A model generated the notes under the pieces. The model saw only the letters and a program-made list of their open reading frames with translations. It was not told the origin of the DNA and did not search any database. Positions 7,543 through 16,326 of a stretch of 25,599 bases of DNA are shown here, in pieces. The stretch spans positions 1 through 25,599 of the IMG/VR virus record IMGVR_UViG_3300005405_000081. One strand, written 5' to 3'. Positions within the stretch are counted from its first letter, which is position 1. Every line of letters starts with the position of its first letter. The DNA comes from a virus (lineage: Duplodnaviria > Caudoviricetes). Both the position numbers and the translations under genes were made by a program.

Positions 7543-7864
7543 ACGGGTAAGGCTTTACGGTGTTGCAACAAATACCGAAAAGCAGCCGAATGGATATGTA
7601 AGAAAAAGGTCTGATGATCTTTATCATACATACCGATGGACGAAGGAAAGCCTGGCTTTTAGATTTTCGAATCCTCTTTGTAAAGAATGCGAAAGATCCG
7701 GGATTATTAAAGCTTCTGAGGTTGTAGATCACATTGTCCCATACCCTGTGTGTAAAGATTTTTGGGATCAATCCAATTGGCAGGCGCTATGCAACAGATG
7801 CAACGCTGATAAAGGGAATAGAGATAAAAGAATAATTAATAAATATAAACAGAATCATGGCTAA
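7523..7864 (+). CDS. HNH endonuclease (HK97 gp74-like)
   Basis: LY...RW...NPLCKEC...VVDHIVP...FWDQSNWQALCNRCN..K motif. Confidence 0.88.
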   Translation: MATRPGKRVRLYGVATNTEKQPNGYVRKRSDDLYHTYRWTKESLAFRFSNPLCKECERSGIIKASEVVDHIVPYPVCKDFWDQSNWQALCNRCNADKGNRDKRIINKYKQNHG

Positions 7865-8222
7865 AGTTTTAATTTCAAAATCAAACAAAGAGGACATTGC
7901 TCTTACAGAACGGTTCCTGGAAGTTTCGGAATTTCTACTTACAGGGGGTAGAATTGAAAGTCTTGATATCAATGATCCTATCAGAGTATTGTATAATAAA
8001 ATTGTTTGGGATGCTGACTTTATTGTCGATCCAAAAGCTTCTGATGTTGAAATCAGGTATCAAATTATGCAGTATGTATTTACAGGATGCACCGGCCGGT
8101 GGATGAAGGTAATAAATACTGCCTCTGTGATGGAGTCTGAGATATGTGATCCGGATAAAAGCTATCTGTCTTTCCGTCCAGAAATAGCCAGGGAGCTTGA
8201 ATCTCTAATGATGGGGGAATAG
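7857..8222 (+). CDS. Hypothetical protein
   Basis: 121-aa ORF overlapping the HNH stop. Confidence 0.7.
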   Translation: MAKVLISKSNKEDIALTERFLEVSEFLLTGGRIESLDINDPIRVLYNKIVWDADFIVDPKASDVEIRYQIMQYVFTGCTGRWMKVINTASVMESEICDPDKSYLSFRPEIARELESLMMGE

Positions 8223-8224
8223 GC

Positions 8225-8368
8225 ATGTTTATCTATATTTTAATTGCAGTTCTGTTTGCCTTATTGGTTGTAATTGTCCTGCTCCTGTCAAGGGAGTTAA
8301 AGATTTCAAAGCGTATGAAGCGCGATGCATTAGTAAGATATAAGATGTTTAAACGTAATAATAATTGA
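8225..8368 (+). CDS. 47-aa single-TM protein (not in ORF track)
   Basis: MFIYILIAVLFALLVVIVLLLSRELKISKRMKRDALVRYKMFKRNNN; fills the gap exactly. Confidence 0.65.
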   Translation: MFIYILIAVLFALLVVIVLLLSRELKISKRMKRDALVRYKMFKRNNN

Positions 8369-8371
8369 ATT

Positions 8372-8572
8372 ATGGAAGTAAAATCACAAACACAGCAAAT
8401 TTATGAACACCTGAGAGATGGTGGTACATTGACTCCTCTTGAGGCTTTAAATATGTTCGGATGCTTTAGATTATCCGGTCGGATGCATGACCTTAGAACT
8501 GCCGGCATCGATGTAAAGACTGAGATTGTACAAATAAATGGCAAAAATGTGGCTAAATACTCACTTGATTAA
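8372..8572 (+). CDS. Winged HTH protein (HTH_39-like)
   Basis: SQTQQIYEHL..G.TLTPLEAL..FGCFRLSGRMHDLR..G...VAKYSL pattern. Confidence 0.8.
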   Translation: MEVKSQTQQIYEHLRDGGTLTPLEALNMFGCFRLSGRMHDLRTAGIDVKTEIVQINGKNVAKYSLD

Positions 8573-8583
8573 ATTTGTCTATT

Positions 8584-8751
8584 ATGAAAAAATGCATTAA
8601 GAAGATTGTAAAATCTATTATTGATTGGTTTGAATGGATGTCTTATCCGGAATGCCCGGAATGCGGTGGATCATTACACCTTAGTAACGAAGGAGATAAA
8701 ACAGTAGTAACCTGTGATACATGTAAAATTAAATATACAATAGAGGAGTAA
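8584..8751 (+). CDS. 55-aa Zn-ribbon protein (not in ORF track)
   Basis: MKKCIKKIVKSIIDWFEWMSYPECPECGGSLHLSNEGDKTVVTCDTCKIKYTIEE; CPECG...CDTC. Confidence 0.7.
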   Translation: MKKCIKKIVKSIIDWFEWMSYPECPECGGSLHLSNEGDKTVVTCDTCKIKYTIEE

Positions 8752-8755
8752 TCAT

Positions 8756-9097
8756 ATGGAATCATTTAAGAAAGTTATTCGGGAATACCTGGAGCAAAGA
8801 GCACAGCAAGATGCACTGTTTGCCACTACATACAGTAAGCCAAATAAGACAATTGACGGTTGCTGTAATTACATTCTGAAAGAGGCTAGAAAGAAAGGAA
8901 ATGCGGTGTGCATGAAAGATGAAGAGGTGTACGGGTTGGCCGTACACTATTACGATAAAGATAGTATCAAGGATGTGAAGACTGTTAGCAATACTGCTGT
9001 TGCTGTATCTTCTCCTAAGTCAACTAATCCATCTCCTGTGATGAATGTTGTAAGAAATAAAAAAGCCGACGATAGCCGGCAAATGTCACTCTTTTAA
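8756..9097 (+). CDS. PcfK-like protein (family includes Cas9 inhibitor AcrIIA9)
   Basis: FK..I..YLEQRA..D.LFA..Y.KPNK.ID.CCNYI..E....DEEVYGLAVHYYD; adjacent to PcfJ. Confidence 0.82.
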   Translation: MESFKKVIREYLEQRAQQDALFATTYSKPNKTIDGCCNYILKEARKKGNAVCMKDEEVYGLAVHYYDKDSIKDVKTVSNTAVAVSSPKSTNPSPVMNVVRNKKADDSRQMSLF

Positions 9098-9108
9098 ACA
9101 GCACAGCT

Positions 9109-10386
9109 ATGAAGCCTAAAACGAAAATACAAAAAAGGGTGGCTGAGCTTATGAGCTTTGGCATGGGTATGACTAAGAAGCAATACGAATTTGCCAAGAA
9201 TGAGGTTTTCCAACCTATTGGATATCGTAAGAAGAATGGTATTACATGTATGGAATGTGGTAACTATTTTGATGATCAATCCGATGAAAACAAAATGACC
9301 TGTCCCAGTTGCGGAACTGAAATTGTCGTTAAAGCGTCTATGAAAAGAACCTACAATGATAGCTGCTTTATCTCCATTGTCACAACATTACGCGAATTTC
9401 AGCTAATAAAATACTTTCGTGTATCTAAGGATTGTAAGGCAGGAAGAGTACATTATTTTGATTGCTATGAAGTGTTCCAGAATTGGATTATGGGTGATGG
9501 ACAGATAGCTGTTGTAGCAAGGCCAAGGCTTATGAATTCAGCGTATATAAGTAATCCTTTCTCGCATGGAGAAATGGCAATAAGAAATTATTGTGCAGAC
9601 GTTCACGATGTGCATTCGATGAAAATGATTTATGAAGATGCTCTTCCTGAATTCCGTAAGATTGGTTTTGACAGAGCGATTGATGACATATATCCTGTTG
9701 GACTAATTAAAAGATTGATCAATTGGACGCGTGCTGAAACACTAATAAAAGCAAATCAATTAGACCTGTTAAGACTATACATTAATGGATATGCAAATAG
9801 GGCTGAACAATACTGGAATTCGATCAAGATATGCATTCGTAATAATTACATAGTTGATGACGCAACGCTTTATGTTGATTATTTAGATCTTCTGCAGCGA
9901 TATGGAAAGGATCTTCGTAACGCACACTACGTATGCCCGAATAACTTACACGAAGCTCACAGCATCTATGTAGCGAAAAAGAACAGGGATGATGAAAAGC
10001 TACGTAAGAAACGTGATGCTGAAATGTTACTCAAACAAAAAGAACAGGAAAAGGCATTTCTTGATCGTATTTCAAAGTTTGAAAATCTGACCATCACAGA
10101 CAACAAGATTGTTATTGCACCTCTAAAATCTCTTGAGGAGTTTATGCAAGAGGGACAGGCAATGCATCACTGTGTATTTTCAAACGAATATTGGAAGAGG
10201 CCGGATTGCCTTATCCTATCTGCAAAGATAGATAACCAACGAGTAGAAACCATTGAGGTAAATCTAAATAAATTCAATATAGTGCAATCAAGATCCAAAT
10301 GCAACGGAATATCCGAACATCACGATAGGATTTTAAATCTAGTAAGAAAGAATATTAGGAACATTAAAAAATTAGCTACAGCATGA
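9109..10386 (+). CDS. PcfJ-like domain protein
   Basis: N-terminal CMEC..CPSC Zn ribbon; C-terminal EGQAMHHCV..YW..LILSA..RVETIEV..VQSR. Confidence 0.85.
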   Translation: MKPKTKIQKRVAELMSFGMGMTKKQYEFAKNEVFQPIGYRKKNGITCMECGNYFDDQSDENKMTCPSCGTEIVVKASMKRTYNDSCFISIVTTLREFQLIKYFRVSKDCKAGRVHYFDCYEVFQNWIMGDGQIAVVARPRLMNSAYISNPFSHGEMAIRNYCADVHDVHSMKMIYEDALPEFRKIGFDRAIDDIYPVGLIKRLINWTRAETLIKANQLDLLRLYINGYANRAEQYWNSIKICIRNNYIVDDATLYVDYLDLLQRYGKDLRNAHYVCPNNLHEAHSIYVAKKNRDDEKLRKKRDAEMLLKQKEQEKAFLDRISKFENLTITDNKIVIAPLKSLEEFMQEGQAMHHCVFSNEYWKRPDCLILSAKIDNQRVETIEVNLNKFNIVQSRSKCNGISEHHDRILNLVRKNIRNIKKLATA

Positions 10387-10883
10387 TTATGAAAACAATA
10401 CAAGTAACAGATGAAATATATAGTTTCCTTGAAAATTTATCAAAGGAAATAAAGTCTCAGGACAACCGTGGAACTGCATCTCCATATTTCTTCCAAGTTC
10501 AGGAGGATAAAGAGGTAGGCGTTCCAGAAGGATGTGGTGAGGAAGTATGGGTTTCTGATGGGGAAACTATTCTAAGGACTCAGGAAGAAGTAAAGGAGGC
10601 TGTTTTTGAATGGAAAGGATGGACTATTGGTCGTAAATCAGATGAAAATAAGTTCAAACAGCTTGATAGTTTCGACATTGATCGTATCATGGAAGAAAAC
10701 TATAGGCAAGTAAATATTTCTGTAACTCAAGAGTATTCAAACTGCTTTTTGACATACAAGGCGTATAAGGAGCATGTTAGAGTAAATGGCCACAATTTAA
10801 ATAACCCGAAATCATTCCTATTTCACGCCTACAGAAATACAGAGATGGAAATGTTATTTAAGTTTTTTAAAGAATCATTTTAA
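10383..10883 (+). CDS. Hypothetical phage protein
   Basis: ATGA overlap; QDNRGTASP and YKEH...NGHNL motifs resemble conserved phage early proteins. Confidence 0.75.
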   Translation: MIMKTIQVTDEIYSFLENLSKEIKSQDNRGTASPYFFQVQEDKEVGVPEGCGEEVWVSDGETILRTQEEVKEAVFEWKGWTIGRKSDENKFKQLDSFDIDRIMEENYRQVNISVTQEYSNCFLTYKAYKEHVRVNGHNLNNPKSFLFHAYRNTEMEMLFKFFKESF

Positions 10884-10895
10884 ACATGGTTGAAT

Positions 10896-11285
10896 ATGGA
10901 GTCAATTGAAATTAGATTAAAGAAAATGGATGACGAACTAAAAAAAGACTCATTAAGATTTATTAATTTATATAATAGATTAGAAAATAATAATGGAGAA
11001 ATAGATGTAAACGGTTTGTCAGACGAAGACATATTTGTCTCTATTGTGATAATGCTTAATATGTACGATAAGGCTCCTACGTCAAGAAGTTTTTCGAAAT
11101 ATGGCTGGAGTAAGTATAAGGTATTCTCTATTGCGAAAAAAGAGAAAAAATATATTAGCTCAGAGCCTTTGTTTAGCGAAGATACCGGATTGATTTGTGG
11201 AAGAGGTTATGTATTAAATTATGATATGTTCGATATCATAAGAGCAGAATTAAACCGAAAATTGCTCAAATTAGAACAAAGTTAA
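10896..11285 (+). CDS. Hypothetical protein
   Basis: Co-oriented ~129-aa ORF, AT-rich. Confidence 0.65.
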   Translation: MESIEIRLKKMDDELKKDSLRFINLYNRLENNNGEIDVNGLSDEDIFVSIVIMLNMYDKAPTSRSFSKYGWSKYKVFSIAKKEKKYISSEPLFSEDTGLICGRGYVLNYDMFDIIRAELNRKLLKLEQS

Positions 11286-11311
11286 TGATTAATAATAAAA
11301 AAAATTAAACC

Positions 11312-11581
11312 ATGGGATATAAAACAAGAACTCCAAAAGATGCGCAACGCATAATGCAAATGCAGGTTGTTAAATTCAGCAACATAAGATGCATTGTAAG
11401 GATAGATAATAACGCGTATCTGACAGATGGAGAAGGTGATCCTCCTCGTACTCTTTTGAGAGAAAATGCGAAAGTATTTATAAACAGAACAGAAGCAGAA
11501 AAAGCCGTTTCGGAAGCTAGAAAAACACATCCTTTCAGGGACGTTACATACAGAATAGAAGACGAATCTAAACATAGTTGA
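11312..11581 (+). CDS. Hypothetical protein
   Basis: Co-oriented 89-aa ORF with an A-rich start context. Confidence 0.65.
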   Translation: MGYKTRTPKDAQRIMQMQVVKFSNIRCIVRIDNNAYLTDGEGDPPRTLLRENAKVFINRTEAEKAVSEARKTHPFRDVTYRIEDESKHS

Positions 11582-11591
11582 ACTAAATAAT

Positions 11592-12443
11592 ATGAAGATA
11601 GTAGTATCATTTTCGGGAGGGAAAGACTCCCAGGCATGCTTGATCCAGGCCGTTGAAAAATACGGATCTGATAAAGTTGAAGCTGTTTTTTGCGACACAG
11701 GATGGGAGCACCCGGCTACATATAGACACGTAGAAGATACGACCAGATTACTTAAAGTGAAACTGACTGTTCTTACTGGGAAATACTCTTTCGTCTCTTT
11801 AGCTAAGCACAAAAATAGATTTCCGTCTGTTAAGGCTCGATTCTGCACGGAAGAGCTTAAGATAAAACCAATGATAGATTGGGTGTTAAGTCGTACGGAA
11901 AGCCTTATTATTATACAAGGAATACGTAGCGGAGAAAGTAATGCTAGAGCTGCTATGGAGACGGAATGCATGTATTTTCAAAACTATTTTACGGCGATTA
12001 ATGGAAAGAAGTATTCATACAGGAAAAAGGAAGTTCTTGAATGGTGCAAAAATTATGACGCTTCAATCCTTAGACCTATTAAAGATTGGAGTAGTCAGGA
12101 TGTTATTGATTGTATTTTAAACCATAATCAACTTCCAAATCCATTGTATTACAGAGGGTTTAAAAGGGTTGGATGTTTCCCTTGTATTATGTGTAGATTA
12201 AAAGAAATTGAACTTATTTCAAGAGATCCGGATGAAGTTGAAAAGCTAATTAAAGCAGAAGAGTTTGTTGGATCATCTTTTTTCTCAACAGATACAATCC
12301 CTGAGCGATTTTACAAGGATAAGAATAAGCCCTGCGTACAAGATGTTATCAAGTATGTAACAGATAAAACGGCCACGCTAGATATGTTTGAACCAGAAGG
12401 CGGATACTCATGCATGAGCTTGTTTCATGGACTTTGCGAATAG
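11592..12443 (+). CDS. PAPS-reductase-family (PP-loop) protein
   Basis: VSFSGGKDS, DTGWEH, RFCT..LKIKP, GIR..ES..R, NPLY..GF.RVGCFPC. Confidence 0.9.
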   Translation: MKIVVSFSGGKDSQACLIQAVEKYGSDKVEAVFCDTGWEHPATYRHVEDTTRLLKVKLTVLTGKYSFVSLAKHKNRFPSVKARFCTEELKIKPMIDWVLSRTESLIIIQGIRSGESNARAAMETECMYFQNYFTAINGKKYSYRKKEVLEWCKNYDASILRPIKDWSSQDVIDCILNHNQLPNPLYYRGFKRVGCFPCIMCRLKEIELISRDPDEVEKLIKAEEFVGSSFFSTDTIPERFYKDKNKPCVQDVIKYVTDKTATLDMFEPEGGYSCMSLFHGLCE

Positions 12444-12466
12444 TTCAAATACGAACATAGTAAACC

Positions 12467-12493
12467 GATCTATCCGGGCAATCCGGATAGATC
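12467..12493. other. Perfect 11-bp hairpin without U-tract
   Basis: GATCTATCCGG-gcaat-CCGGATAGATC, intergenic. Confidence 0.7.
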
Positions 12494-12508
12494 ACAATTG
12501 TAAGCATT

Positions 12509-12706
12509 ATGAAGTTGATAGTATATTTTAGCCATGTTGGTAAAGCTGTCCGGATAATTGATGAAAAGGAAGCTTTAAACAGTTTTCTGAAAGAAACTGC
12601 TCAGGGTAATGTTTGGGATATTGATCCTGAATATGAGGAAAGAACAGTTAGTGAGATAAAGTATTATTTCGAAATGCATAATATTAAATATAAGCTGGAG
12701 GATTGA
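12509..12706 (+). CDS. Hypothetical protein
   Basis: 65-aa co-oriented ORF; TTG start uncertain. Confidence 0.55.
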   Translation: MKLIVYFSHVGKAVRIIDEKEALNSFLKETAQGNVWDIDPEYEERTVSEIKYYFEMHNIKYKLED

Positions 12707-12707
12707 T

Positions 12708-12938
12708 ATGAGTAGCAAGAAGTGTGTTGTTGAAATATCTAGGCCATCATTTGGATGGATGTCAGAAACATTTTCTGTTGATGGATTCCGATGTGAAAGA
12801 TGTTCCGGCCGTGGTTCTTTGCAAAAAGAGGTTGGAGTTGATCAGTTTGAAAGTAGCATTTGTTCGCGGTGTAATGGATCTGGAGTGTTGAAAGCGTTGG
12901 TAGAAATCAAATGGGTTCCTGGAGGGGATGCGGAATGA
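12708..12938 (+). CDS. Small CxxCxGxG zinc-finger protein
   Basis: CERCSGRG and CSRCNGSG (DnaJ/lambda-Q-type zinc knuckles). Confidence 0.8.
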   Translation: MSSKKCVVEISRPSFGWMSETFSVDGFRCERCSGRGSLQKEVGVDQFESSICSRCNGSGVLKALVEIKWVPGGDAE

Positions 12939-13840
12939 AGCAATTGTTTAGTAAGCTGAAGAAAGATTTTGTTGAGAACATTGATGTTCGTGAAAACAGC
13001 CGGGCTCTTTACCTTCGTATTCTAAACCAGTTCGGGACGTGGGTTGTGTTTACTAACAGAAACATTAAAGAGTTAAAGAGAGCTGATATCATTGAATATA
13101 AGTCTCATTTGCTGCGTGAAAGTAAGGCTGAGAATACGATCGACTCCTATCTTACTGTTGTAAGGAGGTTCTTTGAATGGTGTGAGGCTATTGGGGAGCA
13201 TGAGAATATAGCGGCCGGTATTAAGTTGCATCATAAGCGGATAGGGTTTCGGAAAGGCCATCTGAGTACTCAAGAGATTACTAGGCTATTTGAAGTAATT
13301 GACAGAAGCACGATACATGGATTACGTGATTACGCTATCATCAACCTCATGTTACGTTCTGGTGTTCGGTGTGTTGAAGTTTCCAGGTTAAGAGTATGTG
13401 ATATCTTTATATCTCCATCTCGTTGTAGCATCCTACTTCAAAGGAAAGGAGATAACTCGCGAACTGAGCGTCTAGGATTAACTATCAAAGCTCTTCAACC
13501 GGTACATGATTACCTACAGTATAGAGGTGCATCAAGTGAAGAGGAGCCGGTATTCTTAACACATTGTTCCACTTCCGATGCTGGCCTAACTCCTTCACGT
13601 ATAAGTAAGATTGTTGTCGCTTACATGAAAGCAGCCGGTGTTTACTCAAGTACTAAAACAGCACACAGCCTACGACATACGGCGGCAGTTCAGGCAATCA
13701 AGAATAAAGTGCCAATCAAAGAAGTACAACTTATGTTGGGGCACAGAAGAGTTGAAACAACGGAGATCTATTTAAAGAGCGTGGACGACGAAATAAGGTT
13801 AGACAATCCTGCTGTTCGTGTGCTGGATGATGTGTTCTGA
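12935..13840 (+). CDS. Second tyrosine recombinase (XerC/D-like, no arm domain)
   Basis: RDYAII..SGVRCVEV, RKG, HSLRHT, LGH and TTEIY give the full R-K-HxxR-H-Y set; ATGA overlap with the Zn-finger gene. Confidence 0.92.
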   Translation: MKQLFSKLKKDFVENIDVRENSRALYLRILNQFGTWVVFTNRNIKELKRADIIEYKSHLLRESKAENTIDSYLTVVRRFFEWCEAIGEHENIAAGIKLHHKRIGFRKGHLSTQEITRLFEVIDRSTIHGLRDYAIINLMLRSGVRCVEVSRLRVCDIFISPSRCSILLQRKGDNSRTERLGLTIKALQPVHDYLQYRGASSEEEPVFLTHCSTSDAGLTPSRISKIVVAYMKAAGVYSSTKTAHSLRHTAAVQAIKNKVPIKEVQLMLGHRRVETTEIYLKSVDDEIRLDNPAVRVLDDVF

Positions 13841-14016
13841 AATGGGGCTTAAACGGGCTCAAAACACATTCGAAATCGTTTTTAAAACAGTGTCTGGGTG
13901 TGTAATGCAATAGATTATTTACCAAAGTATAACAAGGTACTATGTAATGCAAAGTAAAAGGTGTGTTCAGTCTTTGAATGTTGTTTAATTGAGTCGTTAT
14001 CAGTGTTTTAGCATTT

Positions 14017-14097
14017 GAGGGGAGGGGGGGTGCAATCTCTGTAGCCTCATTTCGCGAGACCACAGCCTAAACCTTCCGTGCGTACGTGCAAAATTGT
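14017..14097 (+). other. Putative cos/packaging-initiation region
   Basis: G-run GAGGGGAGGGGGGG, AATCTCT, GACCACAGCC and CGTGCAAAATT directly upstream of terS resemble the pre-terS region of HK97-like 3'-cos phages. Confidence 0.6.
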
Positions 14098-14141
14098 GGA
14101 AATTGAATAAATATAAATAATAACGTTTAAACGAAAATATT

Positions 14142-14636
14142 ATGTCAAAAGGTAGAAAGCCGATTCCGGATGAATTGAAGAAATTGAGGGGTACTGATCA
14201 GCCCTGCAGAATGTCAAACACAATTGAATATGCTGAAAAGATTACTGATATAAAAATGATCACATCGACTTCACGCCTTAAGCTGTTGCCAACTAAAAGG
14301 GCTAAGGATATTTTTAAGCAAAAAGCAAATCAGCTTATTTCCCTTGGAATATTAACCGTGTTGGATATTGAACACCTGGCTGTTTATGCCAATTCTCTTG
14401 ATGTCCTGTTTTCGTGTATGGAAAATATGAGAAAAGAGGCCACTCCTAAGTATAATAAGATGGGTGAGCTTATTGGATATGTGCCAGATCCTTCAATTAA
14501 CATGTATAGGCAAATGGTTGAGCATGTAAATCGTATAGGTGCCGAATTCGGTTTTACTCCGATATCTAGGCAAAAAATCAACTACCAGGAAGAGGAAAAG
14601 AAAAATCCATTTCAGTTATTAAAAGACTCCATCTAA
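14142..14636 (+). CDS. terS: Terminase small subunit (P27-like)
   Basis: GRKP.P..LK.LRG N-terminus; EFGFTPISR; NPF at the C-terminus. Confidence 0.9.
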   Translation: MSKGRKPIPDELKKLRGTDQPCRMSNTIEYAEKITDIKMITSTSRLKLLPTKRAKDIFKQKANQLISLGILTVLDIEHLAVYANSLDVLFSCMENMRKEATPKYNKMGELIGYVPDPSINMYRQMVEHVNRIGAEFGFTPISRQKINYQEEEKKNPFQLLKDSI

Positions 14637-14637
14637 A

Positions 14638-16326
14638 ATGAAAAAATCTGAGATATATAAAAAAAAGGCTTTGTCTTACATTGACAGAGTTATAACCGGT
14701 GAGAGAATTGCCGGTGAACTTGAAATTAAAGCTGTTGAAAGGCATTTAAGAGATTTGGAAAATGCTACAGAAATGGGCCTGTATTTTGATGAAAAAGCAG
14801 CAAAGACAGCATTGGCATTTTTTACGTTTCTGCGACACTTCAAAGGCGAATGGGCCGGCAAAGAGTTTGAACTGGAAGATTGGCAGTGTTTTATTGTGTG
14901 GTGTGTGTTTGGTTGGAAAACAAAAGATGGTAAAAGGCGCTTCAACTATGCAGACGTGGAAGTTTCTCGTAAAAACGGGAAAACAACATTTGCTGCCGGG
15001 ATTGCTCTTTATATGCTTGTGATGGATGGAGAACAAGGAGCTGAAGTTTACAGCGCTGCAGTTGATAAAGAACAGGCATCCATTTGTTGGAAAGCTGCAA
15101 AATCAATGGTTGAACTTTCTCCGGAACTTAGTGCGTATCTTAAAGTGTGGACTAGCTCTATAGCGATGGAATCTACCGGCTCAAGCTATAAAATGTTGAG
15201 TAAAGAAACTAAGAATAAAGACGGGCTGTCTCCTCATTGCGCAATTTGTGACGAAATGCACGCTTGGCCAACTGATGATATCTACAACTTAATTACATCC
15301 GGTATGGGTGCACGTCGGCAGCCGCTTGTTTTTTCAATTACTACTGCCGGATTCAACATGAGCTCACCGTATTACTCTATGAGAAGCCACTATATAGATA
15401 TTCTAATGGGGATTAAGAAGGAAGAAAATACATTTGTAATTATATATTGCCCCGATAAGGATGATGATTGGAAAGATCCTAAAACTTGGTATAAAGCATC
15501 TCCAAACCTTGGAATTTCGGTATACATGGATTACATGGAAAAGGAGTTTGAACGTGCTATCAATAAAGGTGGGACTACTGAGGTTAACTTTAAGACAAAG
15601 AACCTTAACATGTGGGTTGATGCCCCAGATGTTTGGATTCAGGATGAAAAAGTACAGCGCTGCGATTACGGCACAACAGATGATGAACTGGAAGGACAGG
15701 AGTGTTATGGCGGCCTTGACTTGGCCTCTCACGTAGATATAAATTCTTTATGTCTTTATTTTCCGAATCTTGAAATTCCTGTTTTTAAATTTTTCTTCTG
15801 GATACCTGAAGGTAAAGTTTTGCAAAAAGAGGATAGGATAGATTACAGGCAGTGGAAAAATGATGGTTGGCTGAAAATAACACCCGGCGATGTGATTGAT
15901 ATTGATTACCTGGTGTCCGATATTACTCAGATATTACAAAAATACGATGTGCAAAATATTGCCTTTGACCCGGCAAAATCCTATCATGGAGTGATTCAGG
16001 GCCTACAGAAAGAGGGGTTTGATACAATTTTGGACGAATTCAGCCAATCCATGATGAACATGTCAGAACCTACTAAAAAAGTGGAAGCTGATGTTACTGC
16101 TGGTACTGTTGACTTGATGAAAAATCCGATTATCCGGTGGATGTTTCGTAATGTGGTTATCTATCGCGATGCTAACGACAATATAAAGCTTGATAAGCGT
16201 AAGAGCATTGAAAAGATTGACGGTGTGGTGGCGATGGCCAATGCCGTTGGTGGTTTTATGTCTGATGATGATGATTCTGCCTACAAATTTAACGGCATGA
16301 AATCAATAAATCTTCATAGCAAATAA
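14638..16326 (+). CDS. terL: Terminase large subunit
   Basis: LEDWQ, Walker A SRKNGKTT, Walker B CAICDE, nuclease GLDLAS and KIDGVVA. Confidence 0.96.
   Translation: MKKSEIYKKKALSYIDRVITGERIAGELEIKAVERHLRDLENATEMGLYFDEKAAKTALAFFTFLRHFKGEWAGKEFELEDWQCFIVWCVFGWKTKDGKRRFNYADVEVSRKNGKTTFAAGIALYMLVMDGEQGAEVYSAAVDKEQASICWKAAKSMVELSPELSAYLKVWTSSIAMESTGSSYKMLSKETKNKDGLSPHCAICDEMHAWPTDDIYNLITSGMGARRQPLVFSITTAGFNMSSPYYSMRSHYIDILMGIKKEENTFVIIYCPDKDDDWKDPKTWYKASPNLGISVYMDYMEKEFERAINKGGTTEVNFKTKNLNMWVDAPDVWIQDEKVQRCDYGTTDDELEGQECYGGLDLASHVDINSLCLYFPNLEIPVFKFFFWIPEGKVLQKEDRIDYRQWKNDGWLKITPGDVIDIDYLVSDITQILQKYDVQNIAFDPAKSYHGVIQGLQKEGFDTILDEFSQSMMNMSEPTKKVEADVTAGTVDLMKNPIIRWMFRNVVIYRDANDNIKLDKRKSIEKIDGVVAMANAVGGFMSDDDDSAYKFNGMKSINLHSK

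Noticed and set aside
8647-8664. CCGGAATGC x2 tandem repeat
   Set aside because: An in-frame 9-bp duplication (PECPEC), too short to imply phase variation.
11592-12443. Calling the gene cysH or dndC
   Set aside because: The motifs support the family only; no partner genes are present.
14017-14030. Poly-G tract as a phase-variable or G-quadruplex element
   Set aside because: It is non-coding, has too few G-runs, and is adequately explained as part of the pre-terS cos region.
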